DNA from: Chiloscyllium plagiosum
Lineage: Eukaryota
Length of the DNA: 48,509 nt
Direction of reading: 5' to 3'
NCBI RefSeq assembly: GCF_004010195.1
Contig: NC_057752.1
Location: forward strand, 5,583,754-5,632,262
Part shown: one piece after another, positions 24,774-37,648 of the stretch
Layout: each line of letters begins with the position of its first letter
How positions within the stretch are numbered: the first letter of the stretch is position 1
Notes under the pieces: generated by a model
What the model saw: the letters and a program-made list of their open reading frames with translations, nothing else
Told to the model about the DNA's origin: nothing
Databases searched by the model: none
Translations under genes and position numbers: made by a program

Positions 24774-27700
24774 TTATCGGGGGAATCCTGTGATACCACC
24801 TGCAGCCTCAGCGAGAGACGTCAACTCCAGGAGACCGAAGGAGCCAAGGCCACATATTTTGCAGGATTCCACCAACCGTGGGGCAGTGCAGCCCAGAGGT
24901 GAATATGGGGAGACACGGACTCACTGGTGGGAAGCAGCGCCAGTCAGAGAGGCAAAGGCTTCCAAGCAAGAGGGGCACTGGGACAGAGAAGACTGGGAAA
25001 TGTGGGAGTCAAAGGATCATCTGGAGATGCGCCATAAGAGGAAGCAAGAACGTAGAAACCTGGGCAGAGAGTGGAACTCCCCAGAGCAAGTCAAAAGGTC
25101 ACTAGGACATCAGCCAAAGCCATCCAGATGTCCTCTGCCTCTGCTCTATGACACAATCTATGAGGAATGGGAGCCCCTCTATAGAAGGGGTTTGCCACAA
25201 TGGCCTTCTGTCAACCAACCCGCTGATGACAGACAAGTCGAAATATATCAATTTTATAAAGAGCAGTCTACAAGAGACCTCTCATCACACAAAGAGGCTT
25301 TCAAAGTATCGAACCACAAACTGAGAGATCCATCAGAAATGGCAATGTCACTTGCCCCCAGTAGATTGGGAGAGAAAGGTTACAAAGACCGTCCCCTGAA
25401 ACCTCCAAGTTATGAGATGTACTTGCAGATGAAAGTACAAGCACAACAAGAAAGGAAGAGTGCAGAGTTTGAGAAGAGCCAGAGAGGCCAGGTGATTGAT
25501 CGACAGGTAAACAGCTTTGCAGAGCAGAAAGAGCTGCCTCCCTCTATCTGCCAGCAGCTGTTCAGCAGAGAGAGAAGACATCAGGGCATAGGTAATGTTT
25601 GTGGGTCTAATGTGCCACCAACTTTTCAAGCCAGTAATTATCAGGAGTTTGATGGGGAAAAAGACAGAAGATATCCTCCAATTTCAGAAGTCGGATTTAA
25701 CCTCCCACTGGATTGCTTTTGGAGAGCAATTCCTGATGGACAGAATTGGTTGGAAGTTGGTAGAAATGAGAAAATGGGCCAAGTGAATCAACAGAGAAAA
25801 TGTATTGATGCTGAATGCTTTGGAGAACAGCTGCTTGCTCGCACCAGTCCTGCCAGTTGGTATGCTGCAGAGAAGGATGTATGTTCTGGAGTGGTACCAC
25901 ACTTCAGAGAGATTGACCTCCCATTATATCCCACCCCCACAGAAAGCACCAAAGAAAAATATAAGCAATCTAGTTTGAAACATGAAGGAATCAAAGTGCA
26001 AACTCCACAGGTTGAATTGGAAACTTGGCCCAGAGAAAAGGATGTGGGGAACAGAATGAAGGGTGAAGTTCTCAGAAGCAAAAGGGGTGAAGTTGTCTTC
26101 TGTCTCGTCTCCAGAGCCAATAGTTGTCAGTCAGCTCAAGACACTCAATCACATACACTCCCCAAAGTTGGCAAGGATTCTAATGTTCCAAGTTGGATCA
26201 ATGAGCTTGAACCAACTCTCCTGACCCGGCAGGATGGGAACTTTTACAAAGGGGGGAGTAAACATGAAGTTTCAAAGTCTGCCAATGTGGAGGTAGTAAA
26301 AGCTCTGGATGCTGTGCAAGGTTATGTCAACCCAATCAGACTGCAGGCTTGCCTGGATGGGCCAAAATATACAAGCATCTACTGTGATAGTGAGAATCCC
26401 AGAGCCCTGAACATGACTTGTGATCCAAGGGATGGCCTCCATTTCACAACCAGACACAGGCAGAGGCCTTTGTCCCCAAGGCAGCTGCTGTCTTTTGATG
26501 CTGGAGAGGAGCTTAGGAGTTACAGAAACCCTGATATCTCGTCAAGCAGAGAGGCCTGGGGGTTTCAGCACAGTGGAGCTGACAATTCCTTAAATCACCT
26601 GCAGGTGACCGGGCAAGAAGCTGGTATACAGTGGCACAGAGCGCACCTGAGAAATGAAGTGGGGCAAATTGCTCTGTCTCCCAATAGGAGGAACAGACTG
26701 GACCGCTCAACTGCCTGGCACCTCATGCAACATGTTGAGGCACCTAGAAGGAGAGTAGCCTGGGCCAATAGAGAGGATGTACAGAGAGAGAGAAAACTTC
26801 CTGAATGGAAAGAGCCAATGGGCTCTGCTCTGAAGACAGGACAGCTGATCAGACAGAGAGCAGAGAGAGAGGGCCCGGATCAGAATGGGCTATTTCTTAT
26901 TGATGCCAGCTCTGCCATTGTTAAGGTGCAATATATTTCTTCGCCAGAGCCAGAACGAGTGAGATTTTCATCACCCATTCAAGTTGAAGATTCATTTAAA
27001 CGTGCTACACTCCCTGATAGCAGCAAGGGCAGGAATTTAAATGCAGAGGGGCAAGAATTCAGTCACACTGTGACATCCCCACTTAAAAATATTGTAAGCA
27101 CCAGTAACCATTCCTTTGGGGCTCATGTATCAGATTCTATTAGTAGCAGCGATTGGCAACATAGTAAAAATATTCCAGAGGAAAGTGGAGACCTGTTCCC
27201 ACCTCCCAGGATGAAGGAGAGCATAAAGGAAAGGAGCATCCGGATATTGGGTCTGCCCAGGATGGAGCCAGATTCAGTGGAAGTACAGGCCAGGGAGAGT
27301 GAGCCAGAGGCCAAGGAGAACGGGGCAGTTGCCAATGAAGTGAGTGAGCAGAATGAGCCTCAGACAGAGAGCAAACCAGAGCCACGGTCTGGTGATGACA
27401 CGGTGGATCATTCCGAGATAGTACAGGATTGTATTGGATCGGAAACTGTGGAACCAGCAACTGCTGAGAGGCTGCAGCTTCCCACTGCTGCTCACGCTTC
27501 ATCGCTGCTTGAGGTTATGTGCAGTGTGCCTCAGACAGGGGCCAGTGAGGAGAAATCCAGCCAGCTCGAAATCCCACATGAACCCCCATCCCTGTTCCCT
27601 GAGGGTCACGGCTCCAGCAGCGGAATTGAGGGCGATTCCGGGCACGCAGCTCCTCGGGAGCTTGGCAATCCGAATCCAGCAGTCGAGGAGTTGCAGGGTA

Positions 27701-28134
27701 AGGTGCTGCGATCAATTTTGAAGCTCCGCCGCCACATGGCTCCTGACTCGGAGTCGGATGATGAAGAACAGGAACGCCTCCTAGCGTCCGCAGTAATAAC
27801 TGGCGGCAGGGCAGCAGCGAGCCAGCCGCTTGCAGAGGGAGGGGCTGGCGATAGTGTTGGCAGAGAGCGAACCTCTTCCGGAGTCGCGAGTCGACAGCGG
27901 AGCAGTGAGCCGCAGGGAGTGGCGAACATAGCGTCGGCGACTCACTGCTGGCGAGACGCCAACGAGGCGCTATCTCTGTCGGAGAGCGTTGTGTCGGAAC
28001 GGTTGGAGGACCGAGCTGAAAGTCAACCGGGAGCTGACGATGCCACAAATACCGCCCTCCGAGAGCCGCCTCGTGGCGCGGGAAGCCCGGAACGTGAAAG
28101 CACCGCACCGTGTGGTACTCTGGTTTTAGGGTAG
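24774..28134 (+). CDS. ddn: Dendrin-like protein, large main coding exon (~1120 codons)
   Basis: 1114-aa ORF preceded by an acceptor (ttctcacttacag|, exon starts 24774, phase 2). Four motifs match human dendrin in the same order: HILQDSTN (~RVLQEATN), PPSYEMYL (~PPSYEAHL), LFLIDASSAIVKVQYI (~LFxIDATCVVIRSQYV), LRRHMAPDSESDDEE (~IRRHTAPDSDTDEAEE). Human motifs recalled from memory. Confidence 0.88.
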
Positions 28135-28689
28135 TTCACTGCCACCAATTCTCCTTTCTCCAGATATTTTCTACCTGTTCAGACATTTTATTACACAACT
28201 CTGGCTCAGTTGGGACTTGAACCGAGGCCTCTTGGCTCAGAGTTAGAGACACTACCACTGCACCATAAGAGCCTGTAAAATCATTAGCCTGCGTCTCTAG
28301 ATTTCTAGTCCAGTGATGTTACCAGTACACCACTATTCCCCCCACCTACTTTTTCTGCTCAGTCTGGGGCTTGTTTAATTTTCAGTGAAAGAGGATAGAC
28401 CATTAGTTATTCAAAACAGAATCGCATGATAACAATAGGCACAATTTACATTACCTTAGTAGAACAGAATTACCAAGGACTCTTGAGAACTGTGGCGAAG
28501 ACATCTGCTCCCTTCCGCAACTATGCAGATCTAAGCTGTCTCCTCCTAAAGACCATGTAACATTATCAGATTGGATGGAGCTCAATGTAACGTGAACAAT
28601 AATTCCTTCATAAGCAGTATTGTATACAGCTCAAATATTGAACGAAGGGGTCTTGAAGTTACTTTTAAAAACCTACAGTTATGCGATTG

Positions 28690-29385
28690 AATGATGTTCA
28701 TACCATGCAGGTGACAAACAATGACTACTTCCAAAAGGAGATAACCTAACCGTTGCATTTTGCCCTCAATGGCATTACTTCACTTAATAGCCCCACCACC
28801 AACATTCTGGGAGTTATCACTGACCAGAAATTGAACTGGACTCGCCATATAAATGCTGTAGCTGCAAGAACAGGTCAGGGGTTAGGAAGCCTGCAGTGAG
28901 TAATTCACCTGGCTCCCCAAAGCCTGTCCACAATCTACAAGGCACAAGTCAGAAGTGTGATGGAATACTCCCACTTGTCTCAATGAATGCAGCTCCAACA
29001 ATACTCAAGATGCTTGACACCATCTAGGACAAAGCAGCACATTTGATTGGCACCACATCCATAAATATCAAGTTCCTCCACCATCAACACTCACTAACAG
29101 CAGTATGTACCATCTACAAGATGCACTGCAAAAATTCACCAAAGATCCTTACACAGTACCTTCCAAACCCATGATCACTTCCATCTAGGAGGACAAGGGC
29201 AGCAGGTACTTGAGAACACCACCACCTGTATGTTCCCTTCCAAGCCACTCACCATCCCGACTTAGAAATATATCACTGTTCCTTTACCATTGTTGGATCA
29301 AAATCGTTCCCAATGGCATTATAGATCTGCTTGCAGCACATGGACTGCAGTGATTCAAGAAGGCAAGCTCAGCACCAATTTCGCA
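28690..29385 (+). mobile_element. Old non-LTR retrotransposon (CR1/L2-like) RT C-terminal fragment
   Basis: Degenerate NILGVI-DQKLNW, IYKAQVRSVMEYS motifs. Confidence 0.7.
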
Positions 29386-30023
29386 GCAGCAGGATTGACA
29401 GGCTGAGAATCTTATCTGTCCTCAGCCTAACAGGGATTTGGGTGAGGGGGAGTGTGCACATTTCTAACTCATTAATAGCAATTGTTAATGTTGTGGTTAA
29501 TTGTTGAACAGGTAAAAATGATGCAAAAAGCAGTGGCTACATTCACTCAGAGATGCAGAAGAATTGGAAATTCAAGTACAGTATCAGTACCAGAGCTGAA
29601 AAAAACAGGCCACTTGTTTATTGAGACAAAGGATGAGTTAAAGTACTGCAAGTGTAAGTTTTGTTTCACTGGCTGAACATGTACATTCACAGAATGAAGC
29701 TGCTCTGAAGTTAAATGTATGTCAGTCTATACAGTGACTCCCATTGTAAATAATTCTGTACAATGCATTTTTGGGAAACATGATTCAAAGTATTGATGCA
29801 CATTAATCATTTTGAGTCTCATTTGTTACATAATTTCACATACGATATATATACACATTTAGAAGCTCTCATTCACTGTACAATGATGGTCATTGAAATA
29901 TATAGTTTCGGTAACAAAATAGATGTGCATTGAATATTTCAGTATGAATTGCATGAGTTCAAGTCAGTGTAAATTAAATCACAGTAATTATGGTAAGAAA
30001 CACACAATGTTGCATTGTGTAGT

Positions 30024-30150
30024 ATCTCTCTCGCTCTTTCTTTCACATATGGGAACACAATCTCATTCCCACGCACACTCACATGCACACACACACTCAC
30101 CCTCTCTCCCACTCCTTCCCTCTGACACAGTCTTTCTCACTTCCATACAC
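30024..30150. repeat. CT/CA-rich low-complexity microsatellite
   Basis: (CT)n and (CA)n runs. Confidence 0.7.
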
Positions 30151-30398
30151 AATAATGAAGCGTACATTATGTACTGAATTACACACATTAAGTTTACATG
30201 GTGTATATGGAAACAGTAATTTTAACAGAGGCAAATTGCAACTTCTATAAGTTTAGATGAGCTGGGGCAAAACCATCTTTCCTTTTATAATGTCTCGGGG
30301 GTTGGTGTAGCACCTGTACAGAGTTTGTTGTTAATAAGTAATTCAGTTGACGAAAGTTCCTGGGCTCTGGTGAACAATAGCACACTTTTAAAAAAGAT

Positions 30399-30640
30399 AA
30401 AAAATCACACAACACCAGGTTATAGTCCAACAGAAGAGAAAATGAGGTCTGCAGATGCTGGAGATCGGAGATGGAAATGTGTTGCTGGAGAAGCGCAGCA
30501 GGTCAGGCAGCATTCTAGGGAACAGGAGAATCGACGTTTCGGGCATTAGCCCTTCTTCAGGAAGTCCTTCTTCTCTATAGTCCAACAGGTTTAATTGGAA
30601 GCACACTAGCTTTCGGAGCAACGCTCCTTCATCAGGTGAT
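30399..30640 (-). mobile_element. Nested Penelope-derived short elements: family A (30434-30575) inside family B
   Basis: 13-bp TSD tatagtccaacag (30421-33, 30576-88). Uninterrupted family B copies at 39125-39214 and 46224-46304. Confidence 0.82.
30607..30635 (-). ncRNA. Minimal hammerhead-ribozyme-like motif (family B)
   Basis: CUGAUGA-A-GGAGC-GUU-GCUCC-GAAA-GC-UA: catalytic core boxes flank a perfect stem II. Confidence 0.55.
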
Positions 30641-32293
30641 CTCCAGCATCTCCGAATCATTTTAAAAAGAGAAATTGTAAGATTTAAACTTTATGACAAC
30701 TGAAATCAAGGTACATTTTTCCCCAATAAAGCACATTATTCTGAAGTGCCTGCTACATTCCTGCAGTCTGGTGATCGTTTGAGATCCTGCATGCTCAGAG
30801 TTAATAGGCCAAGTGCAATGTGTGCTTTCTGTTCACTAAAGGCAGCTACTGGTTTTGGTTCCTGTGCTGAGTGCATACTGCTAAAAACAAGAGATGTAAC
30901 AAAATAAAGATATTAATATAACATTTGCAGAAGCATGATTAACCAATTTATCCAATTGCAGTTTTGCTTTTTAAACTTTCGGTAACAATGACTCCAGCAC
31001 AGAATATGTGAGAAGCCTCCAGAGTAAAATGATCATGTTTTCTAAGTCCCATCACTGGTACCCAAGAAGATTGAAACTAGTCGGCTATGATTCTTGGTAT
31101 GCACATCTGAAGACAACACTTGAATCAGTTTTTGCCAGCAACCTAAACTCAGAGTTTAGATTCACTATTTTTAAGCCTCTCTCTTTCTGAATTTTGATAC
31201 ATCGTTGGAAAGTTGCTAAGACTGAGAATGCACCAGAAAAACAGTTTTAGGAGAAAGTAACCAGAACTTGCTTCATTTAAAACATTGAAAATTAGGCATG
31301 ATCTCTTCAAAATTTTCCAAGTAATATTTCAGAAAGAAAGACACGTTAAAAGATATTACTTACATGTGACAATGTAAGCTTTAAACAATCTCAAACTTCC
31401 AATGTTATCTTTATAGTTTGTAACATATTATAAATGCTTACATCTCTTTTAGCTTATGCTTGCTCAAGTCCTGTTCTAGAGTACAGGTTTGGAGTGCAAG
31501 TCTGGCACTTAGCATAGTTAAGCAGAACTGTCAGGTAAGTACAGTTGGCAAAGAGGCAGACAAGAAAATACTAACTGGAATGTAAAGTCACATACTAAAC
31601 AAGTGGGCATTAAAGGTGAAAAAAAAAGCTGTACTCCATTTTACATGCAGAGATTTATTTAAGCGAGGAGCATCATTTTATGTATCTATTAAGCTGTCAT
31701 TAGTAAGGACCACTGACAAATATATCTCCAGATTCTTGGTAATAGTAACACCCATTCTGATAATTAACAGTTTGTGAAGCATTTACTGTGAGGAATCTGT
31801 ATGAAGCAATTCAAACCACTTGAGCTTTGAGCTCCATTTGAAGATACTAGCTGAAACCTCGAAATAATTAAAACTGATAAGGATAGAGAGACTGCATATT
31901 TTTGTTATTGTCAATCAATTATTTTTGAGGCTATAGTAGTAATGTGAGATTTTGCATGCTATAAAGCTAAGTCTGAAATTGACTTGTGTCTTAAATTTTC
32001 TTGATTATTAACACAATCTTTCCTGAAGCATTTCAAATTCATGTAGACTAAATTTCTGGATTACCACACTGATGTGATATTTCAGCATATGTAAAGCAGA
32101 GCAAGTTAAAGGGCTGTATAGATTTAAATGGGGCTGAGTGTTTGTGTTGATAAAATGGTTCACTCACACCTGATGAGGAAGGTTAAAGAGACAACTAGTG
32201 TTTTTCCCATGACTCAATGGGTAAATGTTTCATTTGGTACAATAACTGAAGATGCTGGGTTTCATTCTCTATCCGTATCACATTAGTTGCCCT

Positions 32294-32952
32294 TGTTAGG
32301 GACCAGGCCAGACCCCCTCAAAACAGTTCAAGAAAGTAGCTCAGATTCTAACTTGGCTACTTATTTTAAGCAAGTATAATGTGGATATTCCAGGAGGGAT
32401 GCAGCTGGACAAACCACTTAGCTTTAAACAAAACAGGATTTATTTATAAGATTACCAAATGAAACACAAACAAAAGACAACAGAATACAGAATAACTTAA
32501 CCTGTCTGAAAAACCAACAGATTATCCCAACTTAGTGATGCTGTTCCAAATACTTGCAACAATCCCTATAAATCCCTTGGCACAAAAGGTAACATCAAAC
32601 ACAGGGTCTTACAGGAGAGAAGTCAGAGAGAGAGAGAGGGTCAGCCTGGACCTGCTTTTCATGGGTCCAGCAGCTTCACATCTGCCTGACTGCTTTCAGT
32701 GAATAGCCAGACCAGACCAAACCAAACCAAACCAGAGAAAAGCTGAGTGGGAGAGCTGGCCACTCCCCTTTCATTGTACAAGTGTTTTTTAAAACTTAAA
32801 AGCCTTTTGCCTGAGGCAGTATCTATTAACTACAATCAAACTAGCCCTAAAACCCTTCAAACTTAGACTTTTTGGAGACTGTGTCTTTTATGACCTCTTG
32901 AATAAAAAAACCAAGGACGACATAATCTTGTTAAAGGAGCAACAACATCACA
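32294..32952 (-). repeat. 3' LTR of the Gmr1-like element (659 bp)
   Basis: TG...CA ends; both ends match 37436-37648; adjacent polypurine tract on the - strand. Confidence 0.9.
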
Positions 32953-35900
32953 CCTCCCCCCTTTAAAAAAAACCCATCAATATCCAAAGATGGTTTCATT
33001 TTAAAACCCCTTAATCTTAAATTGTTAGTACCCTACAACACACATATACATTACATTAGCTATAAACATGCAAACTACATTCTATTTCGGTCTGTTTTAC
33101 TCCTGCCACTGAACACCTCCGTTTCTCATTCACATCTCGACAATGTATCGATAATCACGTTTTCACACCCTGCCACGTTCACAATTTTCAAATTGAATGG
33201 CTGTAACAACAAGCTCCATTTAAAGACTGTGGAATACTTGTCGTTAAATTTCTCCACAAACCTCGATGGGTTATGCTCAGTGTATATGATTGTCTCAGAT
33301 ATGTTACAGGTAACAGAAACATCGAAATGTAACGCCAACACCAAGCTCAAAGTCTCCTCAACTGTCAAATATTTCCACTGATGAATGTTCCATTTCCTGG
33401 AGAAATACCCAATAGGTCTTTCAATCTTCTCGTCATTTCCCTGTAAGAGCACAGCACCGACACCCCACATCACTTGCATCGATAGCCACCTTGAATGGCT
33501 TTGTGTAATTAGGTTTGGCTAATACTGGGGCAGTGGTGAACACAGCTTTCAGTCTGTCAAATACATTCTGACAGTCCGCTGTCCACTGAAACCTCTTGCC
33601 TTTCTTTAGTAATTCAGTGAGTGGAGCAGCCACACTGCTAAAATTTGGTAGGAATTTTTGATAAAATCCACTCAGTCCCAGGAACCATAATACTGCTCTT
33701 TTTGTCGATGGTACAGGAAACTCCCCAATTGCCTTTGTTTTTACATCCCCTGGGGCCATTTGTCCATGTCCAATAACATGGCCCACAAAAGGGACTTGGG
33801 CTTTGGCAAATTCACTTTTAGCCAGGTTTATCACCAAGCCTGCCTTCCAAAGTTGATTGAACAAGTCTGATAAATGTTACAAATGTTCTTTCCCCGTGTG
33901 ACCAAAAATCACCAGGTCGTCTATATTTACATACACGACACAATTGGATAATCTGGCAATTATCTTATTGGTTGGTCTCTGTGATATCACTGGTGCATTT
34001 TTCATACGAAATAGCATGACTTTAAACTGATACAGTCCATTAGGTGTTACGAAAGCCAACATTGCCTTTGCTCTTTCGGACAAAGGTACCTGCCAGTATC
34101 CTTCGAGCAAGTCCAACTTAGAAATATAAGTTCCTTGTCCCACCTTCTCAACACAATCTTCCAAAGGCAGAATCAGATATACATCAGTCTTTGTAACTGC
34201 ATTGACTTTGCAATTGTCCACACATAACCATTGGGTACCATTTGGTTTTGGCACCATTACTATGGGCAAGCTCCAGTCACCATAACTCGCTTGGATTATG
34301 TTGTCTTGGAACATACGTTCAATCTCCTTGTGAACCTGTGCCAACTTTAGAGTGTTATACCTATAAGGATGTTGCTTAATTGGAACAGCATCTCCTATTT
34401 CTACACCGTCCATAATTAGGTTAGTACTTCACAGCTTATTTCCACATATGTCCCCTTGTGATAGTAATTACTCTGTCAGGTAATTTTGACTTTCCTCCAG
34501 AAGGTAACTCAATAATTTATTCTAATTTTTAACAACTTCCTCATTGTCCAATTTAATTTGAGGAATGTCCAATTCAGAATCCTCTGAATTTAGTTCTTTC
34601 CTCTGTGTTGTAACAAACAACACAATCTCCTTTGGCTTTCCTTCCCTGTCAAAATACCTTTTGAGCATATTCACATGACGCACTCTGTGAGACTTCTTTC
34701 TGTCTGGAGTCCTTATCAAATAGTTCGCCTCACTCAATTTCCTTTCAACTTGATAAATCCACTAAACCTTGCTTTTAAATGTTCACCTATGACTGGAAGT
34801 AACACTAACGCCTTATCCCTGATAGCAAAATTGCGAGTTTTTGATTTCTTGTCTGCTTCCTGTTTCATTGTATGTGGTGATACTTTTAAATGCTGTCTAG
34901 CCAACTCCCTCATGCTATGTAATCGTTCCTTCAAATTTGATATCTAGTCCAAATATGTGGTCTCTGAATTCTGACTGACCAATTTCTCCTTAATCAAGTT
35001 TAGCAGTCCTCTCACTTCATGCCCAAAAACTAATTCAAATGGGCTAAGTTTGGTCGATTCATTTGGTACATCTCTGATTGCAAAAAGCACAAATAGAATT
35101 CTCTTATCCCAATCATCTGGATAGTCTTAACTATAAGCCCTCAATATGGTCTTTAATGTCTGATGTCACCTACCTAGCAATCCTGTGACTCTAGATGGTA
35201 CGCAGTAGATTTGAATTGTTTTATTTCTAAGCTACCCTTAACTTCCTTGAACAATTTCAATGTGACATTTGACCCTTGATCTGATTGTATCTCTATGGGT
35301 AATCCGTATCTAGTGAAAAATGTGAGTAATTCCTCTACAATCCTTTTAGCTGTGATATTGTGTAATGGTACGGCCTCTGGAAATCTAGTCAATACATCCA
35401 TTACTGTTAACAAATACTGATTCCCACTTTTTGTTTTAAGAGGGGTCCTACGCAATCAATTAAGACGCTTGCAAAAGGTTCCTAAAATGCAGGAATAGGT
35501 ATTAAATGTGCGGGTTTTATTACTGCCTGTGTGTTTCCAATTACCTGAAATGTATGACATGTCTGGTAAAATTCAATTACATCCTTATGCAGTCCAGGCA
35601 AGTAAAAATGTTTTTGTATTTTAACTTGAGTTTTTCTCACTCTTAAATGATCTCCTAGTAGTAGTTCATGCGCCACCTGCAACATCTTCGTTCTATAACC
35701 CACTAACAATATGACTTGATGAACTTCTCATCTGTCTGAATATGGGATGATCTCCATTTTCTCATTAAGACATTATTTTTAAGATAATAACATTCAGGGA
35801 TACATTTGGATTCTTTTTCTGTGTATGCCTTTTGCTACAATTGCTTTAAATTTTCATCTTTCTGCTGTAACTCAGTTAATTTATCAGAGTTAAAGATGTC

Positions 35901-37435
35901 TGCTTTATCATCTATCTGCTCCTGGTTGTCTCAACCACCTGATCAGACAGGGTCTCTGATAATGTCACTGCAACTTTCTTATCTGTACTCTTTGATTTCT
36001 CCTGTTTCAACTGGTGAATTTGTGACCTTGTTACCACACAGTCAGGAAAAATCCCAGGATATACTTCCTGTAATAGTTAATTTGCCTGAGTTTTCAACAC
36101 AATAGGCAGCACTCCTACCTGTGAACCAGCTATATCATTAACAAGGACAAATTGTATTCCTGGAGTTGAGAGTTTGTCCAGTACTTCTACCATGACTTTT
36201 CCACTCTTCACTGGACACTCTAACCTCACTTTACATAACTGAGCGCTTCTTGTCTCACCATGAATTCCCATTACTAGCACTCTTTCTGGAAATAGTCCTT
36301 CAGAGGGACATATCTCCTCATCTTTCAACATCACAGATTGAGAGGATCCTGTAATATTGTAACCTCTTTACCTGTTGTTCCTGGCCTATGCGAGCAAACT
36401 GTACCTTTGCAGGTATAGTATATGGTTTAAGAAGATCCAGCACTTCCTCCTTAACCAACCCCCCAACCAGGTCGTACGTTCTGATTCAGCTTTCTAGCCT
36501 ACACTGTGCTTTCTGTTACCACTCCAACAAAGTTCACTGGCTTATCCTGTTTCCTACATCTGGCTTCTTGGGTTTTTCCTGATCCACCAACACTGTGATT
36601 TCATGTGGCCGACTTCATTGCTGTGAAAACACCGGAGCTTTTTAACTTTTCTTTCCCCTTCAAGGGTTTCCTTTTTACCCTGTGGTAAGTTATCCTTATA
36701 ATCTTCATCAAGATCTACCTTTCCCTTTCCACGTGAGGATTTCTCTTTTCCCTAATTTCTATCCCTCACGGACTGAAATTGATTTTGGAAGCCAAACTTT
36801 GATTTATGGACCAACTCATAATCATCAGCCATTTCAGTTGCCAGTCTTGTCATTTTAACTCTCTGCTCTTCCACATGAGTTCTCACTACTTCAGAAAGTG
36901 ATTTTTTGAACTCCTGTCGAAGTGCCAATTTCAGAAGTACAAACTCCCTCTCTTTCTTCCTTTCCTCTCTCTCCTTTTCTCTCTCTTCTCTCTTTGTTCT
37001 GCTAAACAATTCATTCTTTTTCTCCGTCCTCTGCTTTTAATCGTAATTCAAACTGTTTCACTTGTGTTGCCCTTTCCTTGTCTTTTGGCTGTTACCCAAG
37101 CTGCTTCATTTTCAATTGAATTTTAGCCATCTCTAATGGTGTTTCCAGCAAATTTAAATGCTGAGCTATTGTGGTAATGATCTCTCCTTTCCTCACAGAA
37201 GGAGGCAGCTCCAGCTTGTCTGCTAATTCCAGCAGCTTGGCCTTAATCACTTTTTGTAAAACCCCCAACGTCACTTCTTCCATCCCAGAAAACACTTGGT
37301 GACTGAAAGAGCCACTGTTATCCCAAGCACCAACTGAATTCAACATCCGGAACAAACCGCTTGCTGCCTTCGAGTCCAACAACCCGAATCCCAATTTGGA
37401 ACTACAGAACAAATCCTGCAAAGGAGCCCTCAATC

Positions 37436-37648
37436 TGTTATGGACCAGGCCAGACCCCCTCGAAACATTTCAAGAAAGTAGCGCAGACTCTAACTTTGCT
37501 CGATGTTTTAAGCAGGTGTAGCATGGAATCAAATTGGCCCTTAAAACCCTTCAAACTTAGACTTTTCAGAGTCTGTGTCTTTTATGACCTCTTGAATAAA
37601 AAAAAAACAAGGACAACGTAACCTTATTAAAGGAGTACCATCATCACA
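37436..37648 (-). repeat. 5' LTR of the Gmr1-like element, internally deleted (213 bp)
   Basis: Matches ~32294-32383 joined directly to ~32834-32952. Confidence 0.9.

Larger units (their letters stand above)
32294..37648 (-). mobile_element. Degenerate full-length Ty3/Gypsy LTR retrotransposon, Gmr1-like (gag-PR-INT-RT-RNaseH)
   Basis: Perfect CCCT TSD (32290-93, 37649-52). LTRs 32294-32952 and 37436-37648; PPT at 32953-32963; degenerate Pro-type PBS ~37411-37433. Fragmented ORFs: gag 37433-36752, zinc knuckle CFHSNEVGHMKSQC ~36600-36641, protease ~36334, integrase HHCC/core 35709-35174, HVNMLK module ~34660, RT (LDLLEGYWQVPL, YVNIDDLV) 34413-33433, RNaseH 33479-33126. Confidence 0.93.

Noticed and set aside
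27697..27703. Splice donor CAGG|GTAAGG ending the ddn exon early
   Set aside because: The conserved RRHxAPDS motif lies in frame just downstream, so the exon continues.
29511..29623. Additional terminal ddn exon after ttgaacag
   Set aside because: Weak pyrimidine tract, no homology, and the main ORF already has its own stop at 28132-28134.
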